Positions 39,294 to 51,763 of a stretch of DNA of 64,000 nt are shown here, one piece after another; the stretch's first letter is position 1; each line of letters opens with the position of its first letter. The translations under genes were made by a program, and so were the position numbers. A model generated the notes under the pieces. It did no database searches, was not told where the DNA came from, and saw nothing but the letters and a program-made list of their open reading frames with translations. The stretch lies in contig JAWMAR010000085.1 in the NCBI GenBank assembly GCA_036785375.1, positions 7,440,001-7,504,000 of the forward strand, in the 5' to 3' direction. The stretch is from Leucoraja ocellata. Its lineage: Eukaryota.

Positions 39294-39999
39294 AGCATTC
39301 AAAGTATTTTAATTGTAATGTGCGATGTGATAGCAGTATTTGCTCATGACAATCGATAAGTATTCCAGTCGATTTATATTTTGGTTTGCGTTTTGATTTT
39401 GTTTTGGTTTGTGAATTTGACTTGGATGAATGGAGTGAAATCTTTCTGGGAAATATGTGTAAACATTGGCACGGTGGCCCAGTGACTCATCGGTATAGTT
39501 GCTGCCTCACAGCGCCGGAGACCGGGTTCGTTCCTGACACAGGTGTTGTCTATGCAGAGTTTGCACGTTCTCTCCGTGACCGCATGGGTTTTCTCCCACA
39601 CTCCAAATATATGTACAGGTTAATAGGGTGTCGGTTAAAAATTGTAAGTTGTCCCTAATGTGTAGGATAGTGCTAGTATACAGGGTGATCACTGGTTGGT
39701 GTAGACCCGGTGGGCCGAATTGCCTGTTACTGTTTTGGATATCTAAAGTAAACATTAAGAACATAGACCAGTACAGCCCTTTGGATCATAATGACTGTGC
39801 TGAACATGATGCCATGACCAACTCTTATCAGCCTGCACATAATCCATGTCCCTCCTTTCCCTGCATATCCATGTGGGTGAATACATTTACCACTTTGCAT
39901 AGATGCTGGAAAAAAACCGAAAGGCTAACATGATACAATCTGCATTTTGCTTATTCATTTTGCCAATCTTGCCTCCCACATGTAAAGACTGGCTCCTTC

Positions 40000-40312
40000 C
40001 AGAACAAGGGGTCCCAGTTTAAGGATAAAGGGGAAACCTTTTAGGACCGAGATGAGGAAAACATTTTTCACACAGAGAGTGGTGAATCTCTGGAATTCTC
40101 TGCCACAGAAGGCAGTTGAGGCCAGTTCATTGGCTATATTTAAGAGAGAGTTAGATATGGCTCTTGTGGCTAAAGGGATCAGGGGGGTATGGAGAGAAGG
40201 CAGGAACAGGATACTGAGTTGGATGATCAGCCATGATCATATTGAATGGCGGTGCAGGCTCGAATGGCCAAATGGCCTACTGCTGCACCTATCTTTCTGT
40301 GTTTCTATGTTT
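40000..40312 (+). mobile_element. CR1 LINE 3' end
   Basis: MRKTFFTQRVVNLWNSLPQ and the 3' UTR hairpin and tail. Confidence 0.85.
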
Positions 40313-41965
40313 CACCTATCCATGTTTGCCTTCCAAAGTAAAGTCGGATCAAAGATAGTCTGAGGGTTTCCAGTGAGGTAGATAGTAGCTCAGGACTGCT
40401 CTCTAGTTGGTGATAGGCTGGTTCAGTTGCCTGATTACAGCTGGGGAAAAAACTGTCCCTGAATCTGGAGGTGTGTGTTTTTACGCTTCTGTACCTCTTG
40501 CCTGATGGGAGAGGGTAGAAGAGGTAGTGGCCGGGGTGAGACTGGTCTTTGATTATGCTGGTGGCCTTGTAAAGTGTAAATGGAATCAATGGATGTTTGT
40601 GTGATGGTCTGGACTGCGTCCATAATTCTCTGCAATTTCTTGTGATCTTGGATGGAGCTGTTCCCAAACCACGTTCTTCCATTAGTGTGTTTTGTGTGCC
40701 GTCATTGACAGCAGAATTATTTGACCAAGTATCTTGGCAATAATGTTCCAGTTGGGAGGCTCACGAGTGCATTTCTTTGAACCATGCATGTTGCAATGCC
40801 TGCCATTGTCTCGGGAGATCTGTGGAAACAATGCGTGAGAAGAATGGGTTCAGAATGTCGGAATATGCATTCATCTATTCAAACATAGTTTGCTTTTAAT
40901 TGTAGACTGAAGGAACTGCCAATGCTGGCTTACAAAAAAAAGACAAAGTGCTGGAGTAACTCAATGAGCCGGGCAGAATTTCTGGAAAACATGGGTCGAT
41001 GATGTTTCGAGTTGGATCCTTCATCAGTCTGAAACATCACCTATCCATGTTCTACAGAAATGCTGCCTGACACGCTGAGTTCCTCCAGCATTTTGTGTTT
41101 TGTGCCTTAAATTGACCCCTGATTTGTGTTCCCACCATCTTTGCCATAATTCCTTGATTTATTTTACCCAATTTAAAAACATTGTCCAGTTTTCAATTGC
41201 CTAACTGGCTCTTAATCTTTCAGTTGAGAAGAAATTCCCATCGTTGTTCCTTGTTCCAAAGCAGTTAGTCAGACCCCCCATGTTGAATTGCAGCTCCCCT
41301 GGTTTAATATGCTCAGTTTGTCTATCTTGTTCTTCTAACCTTCTGATCCATTAAACATTACCATGTCTCCTAATTCAGCAGCCATTTCAAACTCCGTTGT
41401 GCAACTCTACTATCTGTTTGAGAGCTACATTAAACATTTCTTGCAAACTACTTATGATGCTTGCCTGTGAGAGAATAGACCCTTTATCCATGTTGTCTCC
41501 GGCTTGTCTATTAATGACTGAAGCACGTCACACAGGCTGCCTGCAATTCTCCTGCACTCTTGCCGTTAGTATGCAAAAGGACATAGGGTTTTGAATCAGT
41601 AGTAAGGAAGACAAATTCAATGCTAGCATTTATTTATAGAGGACTTGAATATAAAATGTAATGCTGAGGCTTTATAAGGCACTGGTCAGACCACATTTGA
41701 AGCATTGTGAGCAGTTTTGGGCCCCATATCTGAGGAAGGATGATCTGGCACTGGAGAGAGCCCAGAGGAGGTTTACGAGAATGATCCGAGGGATGATTGG
41801 TTTAACTTATGATTAGCGTTTGACGGTACTGGGCCTGTACTCCCTGGAGTTTAGGAGGATGAGGGGGTACCTCATTGCAACTTACTGAATAGTGAAAGGC
41901 CTGGGTAGGGTGGATGCAGAGAGGATGTTTCCACCAGTGGGAGAGTCTAGGACCATAGGCTATAG

Positions 41966-42374
41966 CAGGGGTCGGCAACCTACGGCCCCCAGGCCGAATG
42001 CAGCCCGTAACCTGAAATCATCCGGCCCTCAGGCGGATTTTTTTCCTCATAATCATCCGGCCCGCCGAGCTCCTGCGCAAAGCCACCAGCACGGCCGCGC
42101 ACCTTCTGTGAACACGTTTAAGATCTGCAGATGCTGGGGAAATCTAAGATAGATAAAAAAATTGGAGAAACTCAGCGGGTGAGACATGCAAGAATTGCAT
42201 GAGGCTGCCTCACCCGCTGCGTTTCCTCAGCATTTTTGTCTACCTTCTGTGAACACGTGATTTGATGCCTGCCATCCTGGGCGGGACCCATGTGTACACG
42301 TGATAGATGTGGCCCGCCATCCGCTCACAGGCATGCGTCCCGGCCCCTATGCAGAACAAGGTTGCCGACCCCTG
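41966..42374. mobile_element. hAT (Charlie-type) non-autonomous DNA transposon
   Basis: Perfect 16-bp TIRs CAGGGGTCGGCAACCT / AGGTTGCCGACCCCTG and an 8-bp TSD GGCTATAG (41958-41965) / GGTTATAG (42375-42382). Confidence 0.9.
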
Positions 42375-42458
42375 GGTTATAGCTTCGGAATAAGAGGACG
42401 CAAATTAGGGGAATTTTCTTCAATCAGAGGATGGTGAATCTGTGGAATTAATTTCCAC

Positions 42459-42524
42459 AGACAGCTGTGGAGGACGTCACGGACAGCTGTGGAGGACGTC
42501 ACGGACAGCTGTGGAGGACGTCAA
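42459..42524 (+). repeat. 22-bp tandem repeat x3 (ggacagctgtggaggacgtcac)
   Basis: Directly visible, within CR1 sequence. Confidence 0.95.
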
Positions 42525-45500
42525 TTAATATTTTTAAGGCAGAGATTGACGCGGGTTCTCGATTACGATACGATAAAACTTTATTCATCCCCGGACGGAA
42601 ATTGGTCTGCCAACAGTCACAACACACAAGGTCCATGAAAACTTGAAATTAAAAATGAACACAAAAAGAAAAAGACAAGCGACTGTTGGCTGGTGGCCGT
42701 GTGCACAGCGCCTTGACCGGAACAAATGAACAAACAAACGAACACAGACTTATCTGCTGGGCAGAGGATTCTAAACTAGTCCCCCCCCCCCCCCCCCCCC
42801 ACACCGGGTCTCCCTTTGATTTCCCACCGTCCATCACGGCCTTCCCCCACGCCGGGTTCCCATTGTCACTCCCTCCTCCCCTTGCTCATAAGACAAGAAC
42901 ACATAACACACCCCCCTCCCCTGTAATATGGGGGCTACGTATATTCGTAGTGTCATACTGCGTGGAAGCAGGCCCTTCGGCCCAGCTTGCACACACAGAC
43001 AAACATGCCCAACTACACTAGTCCCATCTGCCTGTGTTTGGCACGTTCCTCTAAACCTATACTATCTGTATATCTGTCTGAATGTTTCTTAAACATTGTG
43101 AAATGCCTGCCTCACCCACCTCCTCTGGCAGCTCATTCCATATATCTACCACCCGCTGTGTAAAAAAAGTTGCCCCGCCGGTTCCTATTAGATCTTTCCT
43201 CTCAACTTAAACTGATGTTCACAGGTTCTCGATCCCCCCCCCTGCTCTGGGTAAAAAACTGCATTCACCCTATCACCATTCAGCCTCCTTCAACAATGAA
43301 CAGCAAAGCAAATTGTTTTTCTTTAATTCAGAGCTTTAATTAAATGCATTTCGGGCGCATTTTTTGTAGGAAAGCTCTTTCAGTCATGGAAGAGGAAAAT
43401 CTCAAAACTTTCCTTGAAACTAAATGGAAATAGGGGGATAATTTCATGTGCCTTAATATTGATGACGTTTTTGACTGAGACCAAAGGATTAGTGGTCCAG
43501 CTGCAGCTTTGGGAATTGTGAAAGATGTTGAGAAAGTCAATGACTATTCCCAGCACTTGGTGAAATAGCAATAAGGAACATGTGTTTAAGATTATCGTCG
43601 GACCATGGATAGGGATAAAGGGGTTATTAAGACTTAGAATGCTTTACCGCAAATGGCGGTTGAGCAAAACTTTGAGAAATTTGCTGACTACTTTAAATGA
43701 GAAAATTGAAGAATATTGTTAAAGAAATATACTGGAATATAGAGGTGGAGAGAACAGTAGAGCTGCTGCCTCACAGCACCAGAGACCCGGGTTCGATTCT
43801 GACTTCAGCTGTCTGTGCTGAGTTTGCACGTTCTCCCTGTGACTGCATGGGTTTCCTCCGGGTGCTCCGGCTTTGTCCCACATCCCAAAGACGTGCAGGT
43901 TTGTAGGTTAATTGGCTTCTGTAAACATACCTATCCAGTCAAAAGAAAAACTTCACATGATTAAAATCAAGTCATCCACAGATGCCAAGTTAAACTAATC
44001 TCCCCAGCCTGCACATAAACCACATCCCTCCATTCCCTATATGTCCATCTGCCTATCTAAAAGCCTCTTCTATGCCACTATCATATCTGCCTCCACCATC
44101 ACCACCGGTAGCATATTCCAGGCACCCAACACTGTCTATAGTAAAAAAAACATGTGCACATATTCTTCAAACTTTGCCTGTCTGACTGTAAAACTATGCC
44201 CTCTAGTATTTGGTATTTCCACCCTGGGGGGTAAAAGGTTCTGACTGTCCACCCTATCTATGCCTCTCAGAATTTTATATATTTAAAGATAAATATCTTG
44301 ACTGAAGTGACGAGTAACTAAGCTCGATGGATCTACACTTCATCTTCTGCCACCGCCATTGTATGATTTTATTTTAACCATTCTTGTGTTAAGCCTGTAT
44401 TTAGTATTGAGTATAATATATTCCACCCTGTGCCAATGTGCTTGAGTTTTTGGAAATAGTATTAATCAAACTTTCTACTTCATGAACATAACAAGCAAAC
44501 CACATTCTCCCTGTGACCATGTGGGTTTTCTCTGGGTGCTCCATTTTCTTTGCACTTTCCAAAGACGTACAGGGTTGTAGGTTAATTGGCTTCTGGAAAT
44601 TGTTCCTAGTGTGTTGGATAGAACTAGTGTACAGGAGACTAATGGTCGGAGTAGACTCAGTGGGCCTATTTCCACACTGTATCTCTAAACTAATTTGGCC
44701 TGGATAGAGTGAATGTGGAGAGAATGTTTCCACTAGTGGGAGAGTCTAGGACCAGAAGTCATAGCCTCAGAATAAAAGGACGTTCCTTTAGGAAGGAGAT
44801 GAGGAGGAATTTCTTTAGTCGGAGGGTGGTGAATCTGTGGAATTAATTGTCACAGAAGGCGGTGGAGGCCGTCAATTAATATTTTTACGGCAGAGATAGA
44901 TAAATTATTGATTAGTATGGGTGTCAGGGGTTATGGAGAGAAGGCAGGAGAATGGGGTTAAGAGGGGAAGATAGATCAGCCATGATTGAATGGCGGAGTA
45001 GACTTGACGGGCCAAATGGCCTAATTCTACTCCTATCATTTATGAACTTATTATGAAAAGGACATAAAGTGCTGGAGTTAATCAGCGGCTCAGACCACAT
45101 CTCTGGAGAACATAGAACAGTCACGTCTCGTCTGAAGAAGAGTTCTAACCTGAGATGTGTTCTCCAGAGATGCTGTCTGACCTGCTGAGTTACTCCAGCA
45201 CTTTGTGTGTTTTGTAAATTCAATGCAGGTGGCCTCATTTGTGCTTATTAGCATTAGGTGTGGGAGTGGTTGTTAGGAAGTTGCAGAATCAACAAGATTT
45301 ATAAAGAATCTGAAAGAGAAGGCAAGGAATAGTGGAAGTCCCGAAGAATGGAAACATTTTAGAAGCCAGCAAAAGATGACTTAAGAGAGTGGGGGTAAAG
45401 TATATTAGGAGAGTTAGCTTGCAAGAAATATCAAAACTGCAAATAAAATCTTTCATGTGAACAGAAAGATAAAGTAGCCAATGGGAAATGGCAGGGATTT

Positions 45501-46672
45501 ATTTTGCTTTCACTTTCATCAAGGTTTCACTGCTGTTTCTTGCACCTGCAAAATATATGAGTTTTGGTTCAGGACCCGTCTTTGCGCTTCTTCAGGGTCT
45601 GAAGCAGGTTCCCGACCAGAAACATCACCTGCACATTCCCTGCACTGATGCTGCCTGACCTCCTGAGTTCCTCCAGCATTTTGTGTGTTTGCATTTGGCG
45701 ATGACTGGTCCCTCCCTCTTTGGTCAATTTGCCCCGGTAAAATGCAAATGGCCCCCTGCACATTACAAATGAACCACTTTTCTTAGACATAATGAAGTTT
45801 ACTTTGCCAAAGTAAAGTAACTCATCTGGTAGAGCCGCTTCCTCACAGCACCAGAGACTCGGGTTCCATCCTGAATGCAGGTGCTGCCTGTGTTGAGTTT
45901 GCACGTTCTGTTTGTGACCGTGTGGGTTTCTTCCGGGTGCTCCAATTTCCTCTCACATCCAAAAGACCCAAAGGGTGTCAGGGAAGGCAGGAGAATGGGG
46001 TTGAAAGGGAAAGATAGATCAGCCATGATTGAATGGCGGAATAGACTTAATGGGCCAAATGGCCTAATTCTGCTCCGATAACGTATGAACTTATGATATG
46101 CGGGTTTGTAGGTCAATTGGCCCTCTGTAAATTGTCCACTAGTGAGTAGGGAGTGGATGAGAAAGTGGAATAACATAGAACTAGTGTGAACGGGTGATCA
46201 ATGGTCGGCATGGACTTGATGGGCCGAAGAGGCTGTTTCCAGGATCCATGAAAGTAGTTCCTCTCAGTAGAGGCTCCTCTGTGTGATCTTATTTGGGAAA
46301 GATGATATTGTTATCCTGGCAGTTCTGGGGCTACCAGTTGTCATCAGATTGTTCTGCCTCAGGTGCAGGCTGTCTTTTTCTTCCTGAAGCTTAAAAAAAA
46401 AGAACGTTTGCTGAAATGATGATTAGTAGGTTTTGCCTGTGCATGGTGATGTGTGAGGTGTGTTTTCATGCTGTGGTATGTGTGTGGTTTCCATCACACC
46501 TGTGGCTGATGGGGAAATAGCAAAATGGGAATAGGTTGTGGTTAATGGTGCACTTACAGCAGCATGGAGATAGCTTCTCCGTGCAGGTCTGATGCAGCAC
46601 TTCTCCCTTTCTGAAGCCATCTACCAATCTATCTAAAATAGACACTAAATGCTGTATGGAGGTCAGGCAGCA

Positions 46673-47045
46673 GAGAAACATCGAAAATAGGTGCAGGAGT
46701 AGGCCATTCGGCCCTTCAAGCCAGCACCGCCATTCATTGTGATCATGGCTGATCGGCCCCAATCAATAACCCGTGCCTGCCTTCTCCCCATATCCCTTAA
46801 TTCCACTAGCCCCTAGAGCTCTATCTAACTCTCTCTTAAATCCATCCAGTGGTTTGGCCTCCACTGCCCTCTGTGGCAGGATATTCCACAAATCCACAAC
46901 TCTGGGTAAAAACGTTTTTTCTCACCTCAGTCTTAAATGGCCTCCCCTTTATTCTAAGGCTGTGGCCCCTGGTTCTGGACTCGCCCAACATTGGGAACAT
47001 TTTTCCTGCATCTAGCTTGTCCAGTCCTATTATAATTTTATATGT
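46673..47045 (-). mobile_element. CR1 LINE 3' fragment nested in a Penelope-derived element
   Basis: Antisense CR1 tail and C-terminus. The host element gcagca...gcatctcaggagaaaagg resumes after it. Confidence 0.8.
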
Positions 47046-47059
47046 AAATATATGTTATC

Positions 47060-48200
47060 CAGCATCTCAGGAGAAAAGGAAGAGGTGATTTTTCGGGTCG
47101 AGACCCTTCTTCCGAATGAGAGGGTGCAGGAAAACTAGAGATATGAAAAGGAATGAAGAACAAATTTCATAAGTCATAGGAGCAGAATTAGACCATTCGG
47201 CCCATCAAGTCTACTCTGCCATTCCACCATGGCTGATCTATATTTCCCTCTCAACCCCATTTTCCTGCCTTCTCCCCATAACCCCTGACACTAATCAAGA
47301 ACCTATGAATCTCCAACTTAAAAATATCCATAAAAAATGAATTAAAAGGTGTACAAAAGAGCAAATCAAAGCCAGCAATCATGATCAAGGAAATGTGGAG
47401 CCCACAGTGGTCCATTGTAGGCTGTGGAGAAGGTGATAATGTGAAACTAAGCAGGACGACAGTGATACTAGTAGGGCGACTAGGGTGGGGGAGGGACAGA
47501 GAGAGAGAGGGAATGCAAGGGCCACTTGAAGTTAGGGAAATCAATTTTCATACCGCTGGATTGTAAGCTGCCCAAGCAAAATATGAGGTGCTGTTCCTTC
47601 AATTTGTGGGTGGCCTCTGACAATGGAGGAGGTCTAGGACGGAAAGGTCAGTGTGGGAATGGGAGGTGGAGTTAGAGAGCTTGGTAACCAGGAGATCGCG
47701 TAGGCCAATGCGGGCTTGGCGAGGTGTTCAGCGAAACGATGGCTCAGTCTGCGCTTGTTCTCGCCGATATATAGAAGTGCACACCTAGAACAGTGGATAC
47801 AGTAGTTGAGGTTGGAGTTTAATGATTCAGTCCTGCTTTATTTATCACAAATGCAAGTGCATATATTACACATGCGGGCGCCGCCATTTTTGGTTGCATT
47901 ATTCAAAGTCTGGTCGGCCCACCTGGCCATCTTTGGGTCCCGAGGGCGCCCCCTGCAGCCTAGGTTGAAGGCGTTGGAGGCATAACTCCGGATCACCCTC
48001 CTCCATGGGGAGTTACAAGTGAACCTCTGCCTCACCTGAAAGGACCGCTGTGGTCCCTGGACAGAGTCGAGGGAGGAGGTATAGCGACAGGTGTTGCAGG
48101 GGAAAGTACCTGGAGAGGGGGTGGTTTGGGTGGCAAGGGATGCGTTAACCAGGCGGTTGCGGAGGGAAGGGTCTTTGCGGAAAGGGGTGGAGGTGGGAAG
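47060..48200 (-). mobile_element. Penelope-like element, decayed GIY-YIG region with insertions
   Basis: The minus strand gives RQRFTC..YCIHCSRCALLYIGENKRRLSHRFAEHL..KLKEQHLIFCLGSLQSSGMKIDF. It is interrupted by a CR1 end (about 47165-47335) and a unique insert (about 47818-48010). Confidence 0.82.
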
Positions 48201-50719
48201 ATGTAGTGCATGGATACCTCGAGAGGATGGGTGAGCTGACTGGGGGCAAACCTCCCATGCCCTGGGTGACGATCTGGGGCTTCCGAGGTCGGCTGCGGAA
48301 GGCGAGGGGACGGCGCGCTTTGTGTTAATTCCCAGAATCGCGTTTTACACAAAGTAACATTTTTATTTTCCTCTGCGTTACTGATTTACCAACTTTGGGA
48401 TAGGGATTGCAAATGTGTAAATTAGGCACAATATTTCTTTTGGAGATGCAAGGAACTGCAGATGGTGAAATCTGGAGAAAAGTGGAAGCAAAATGAATGT
48501 CAGTATTATTTTCTTTGGATAATTCTTCTCAGCATTGAGTCCCTTCGCAATTCTATTCTAGCACCTTGTTATTCGATACACAAGGAACTGCAGGAGCTGG
48601 AAACTCAAGCAAAACACAAAATGCTGGAGGAACTCAGCGGGTCAGGCAGCATCTGTGGAAGGAAATGGACAGAACACATCTCCCTGCACACACACACTGC
48701 CTGACTTGCTGAGTTCCTCCAGCAGTTCGTGGTTCATTCAAGATTTCAGCTTATCTGGTTTCTTGTGCATCCTGGGATAATAATAATAATATGATTCAGT
48801 TCAATAACGAAGCACGGTGGGAAATAAGCTGGGTTTCTGTAGGAAAGTTGTGATGAAGGGTCAAGTAGCTGGGAGAAGGCAGGAGAATGGGGTTGAGAGG
48901 GGGAGATAGATCAACCATGATTGAATGGTGGACGAGACTATGGGCTGAATGGCCTACTTCTGCTCCTATGACATGGACTTGGGTCATAGAGCCATACAGT
49001 GTGGAAACAGGCCCTTCGGCCTAACTCGCCCACATTTCCCAGCTACATTAGTCCCACTGCCTGCATTTGGCCCATATTGCTCTAAACTGTCAAATGTTTC
49101 TGAGATTTTCTTAAACATCTGCCTCAACTATCTCCTCTGGCAACTCATTCCATACGCCCACCACCATTTGTGTGAAACTTTACCCCTCAAGTTCTTATTA
49201 AATATTTCCTCCCTCACCTTAAACCTGTCCTCTGGTTCTTGATTCCCCTACTATGGGCAAGAGACTCTATGTCTCCCGATCTATTCCACTCATGATTTTG
49301 TATACCTCTATCAGATCACCCCTCATCCCTCTGCACTCCTAGGAATAGTCCCAGCCTGCTCAACCTCTCCCTGCAGCTCAGGCTCTTGTGTCCTGGCAAC
49401 ATCCTCGCAAATCTCCTCTGTACCCTTTCCATCTTATGGCTGAACAAATTCCTTTTTTTTTTTGCCGTTCAAATATGAAATTGAAAATCGTTTGACGTTA
49501 CCGAATCTTGTGGAGACAAGGAGAACCGCAGATGCTGGGATCTTGTGTAGAGCATAAAGTGCTGGAGGAACTCGGCGGGTCAGGCAGCATCTGTGGAGGG
49601 AATGGATGGGCGACCTTTCAATCTGAAGAAGGGTGTCCACCAGAAACGTCGCCCGTCTGTGTCCTCCACAGATGCTGTCTGACCCACTGAGTTTCTCCAG
49701 CACTTTGTGGCTCTTTTTGTAAAGCAGCACCTGCAGTTCATTGTGTCTACATGTGTGGAGTTTGCATGAACTGGCTGTGATTGCTTGTGCTTCCCTCAAG
49801 TGCTCCAACGCTGGTTGTGAGTATAATGGCTGATGTAAATGCACAATTGGGACATAAAACTGAGCAGCGTGGTGGAGGGGCATGTGAGAAAGAATAAGCT
49901 GCAGGAAAATGGGACTGGTGGAAATGCTCTGAAAGCTGGCATTGACTTGATGGGGTGAATGGCCTCGAATGTCCCAGGGAAACATGAGAGGTGTAACAAA
50001 AGTAGTGGAGAGGAAACGTGAGTGAAATGGCTTCTGGAAAACTGATAACATTTTTTGTAGTCCTTCATAAGGTTGTTCACTGAAATAGAAGCTTGTGAAA
50101 TTGAATGCAAGTTATTGATCTAGCTGAGTAGTATGAGAGGCTGTAAAGATAATGGCTGTGCAGGTGTGACAAGTCGTGTCCCTCAAGGTTAGGTAATCTA
50201 AGTCTAACTATTCACTTTTTATAGCCACGTTTGATGACTGGCTGTGTATCCAATCTTGCTAATGTTTTAGACGTAAAGGACATTGACAGCAGTATAGACA
50301 AATTAAGATTCAAAGATTAATTGAATGAGCAATACGGCTAAGACATTTCAACCTAGACAAGTGTGAAGCCATTCATTTTAGACATAAAAGTGACTGAATG
50401 TACAGTAGATAACACAGAACCAGTGTGAGTGGGTTGCTGAGGACTCGTTGGGTCTAAGGACCTTTTTTCAATGCTGTATCACTAAACTAAACTAAAGATC
50501 GATTGATTTGAGCGAACACCGAAACAAAATTTCAACCTCGATTGTAGACATAAAGAACGGATAGAACATAGATAGAACGTAGAACAGTACTGCACAGGAA
50601 CAGGCCCTCAGGCCACAATGTCTGTGCCGATCATGATGCCAAGACGAGACGCATGGTGCTGGAGTAACTCAGCTGGTCGGGCAGCATCTCTGGAGAACAT
50701 GGATAAGTGACATTTTGGG

Positions 50720-51135
50720 TCAGGAACTTAATTCAGATTGAAAGTTCCCCACCCAAAACATTACCTATCCATGTTCGCCAGAGATGCTGCCTGATCTGCT
50801 GAGTTACTCCAGCACTTAATGTCTTTTTATGTAAACCAGTATCTACAGTTCCTTGTATCTGCATGATGCCAAGGCAGGAGAATGGGGTTGAGAGGGAAAG
50901 ATAAATCAGCCATGATTCAATATTCAATATTCAGGAACTTAATTCAGATTGAAAGTTCCCCACCCAAAACATTACCTATCCATGTTCGCCAGAGATGCTG
51001 CCTGATCTGCTGAGTTACTCCAGCACTTAATGTCTTTTTATGTAAACCAGTATCTACAGTTCCTTGTATCTGCATGATGCCAAGGCAGGAGAATGGGGTT
51101 GAGAGGGAAAGATAAATCAGCCATGATTCAATATT
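50720..51135 (+). repeat. Direct tandem duplication, 211-bp period, 2 copies
   Basis: 50720-50924 is repeated at 50931-51135 with no differences seen by eye; the ORF track shows twin peptides offset by 211. Confidence 0.95.
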
Positions 51136-51358
51136 GGTGCCAACAATATGGGCCAAATGGCCTAATTCTGCTCATATGAATTGTGAACTATGAATTTATC
51201 ACTTCCGGACCCTAATAATCTGAAGCTATTTGTTTACATGAATATGCTGCTGTGGCGATGAGGAACATCTTTGCATTGTTGAGGCTTAGACAATGTTTGT
51301 CTTTACCAGCTGCTGGATTCTGCTTCTGAAAGCAGTGCTGAACAAGATTAATGGAGTA

Positions 51359-51763
51359 CAGGTCCACCACCGTTTTTCCTGCAAAGGTGGTCCGGCACCT
51401 CCTATAATCCGGACTAAATTACGAGAGTGCACTTGAAATCCGTCCCTGTAAAAATGTGGTGCCTCGGCCGGGTGAGGTGGCCGATCTCGACCTCATTGGG
51501 GCATCGTGGCCGATTGGCAGGTCGAGTTTCCCTCCTGCGGCTGGTTCTCTGGAACTCCAGCCCGACTGGAGCCGGCAGATCTGTTCCCATAGCCAACTTT
51601 GCGGCCAGTATCTCAGCCCCTCAGTTGCCGAGGTGGAGAGGCCGACAGAGGTCACGGCCTACAAGAGGAGTTGAACGCTACCGTGACCTCTGTTGGTCCG
51701 GCAAAACGGATAATCCGGAAAGACTCTGGAATGAAGTGTGCTGGAAGGTCGGTGGTGGTCCTG
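51359..51763. mobile_element. Tc1/mariner (Tigger/pogo-like) non-autonomous element
   Basis: TA|CAGGTCCACCACCG ... CGGTGGTGGTCCTG|TA: 14-bp TIR with 1 mismatch, TA flanks and a CpG-rich interior. Confidence 0.75.

Larger units (their letters stand above)
41610..42562 (+). mobile_element. CR1 LINE fragment interrupted by a hAT MITE
   Basis: LYKALVRPHL..QFWAPYLRKD..MFPPVGESRT resumes after 42382. Confidence 0.82.

Noticed and set aside
42459-42524. Short direct repeats as a CRISPR-like array
   Set aside because: The repeats have no spacers, lie within a LINE and are in eukaryotic DNA.
49434-50051. 205-aa minus-strand ORF
   Set aside because: It is a chance frame running through SINE, CR1 and Penelope-derived pieces.
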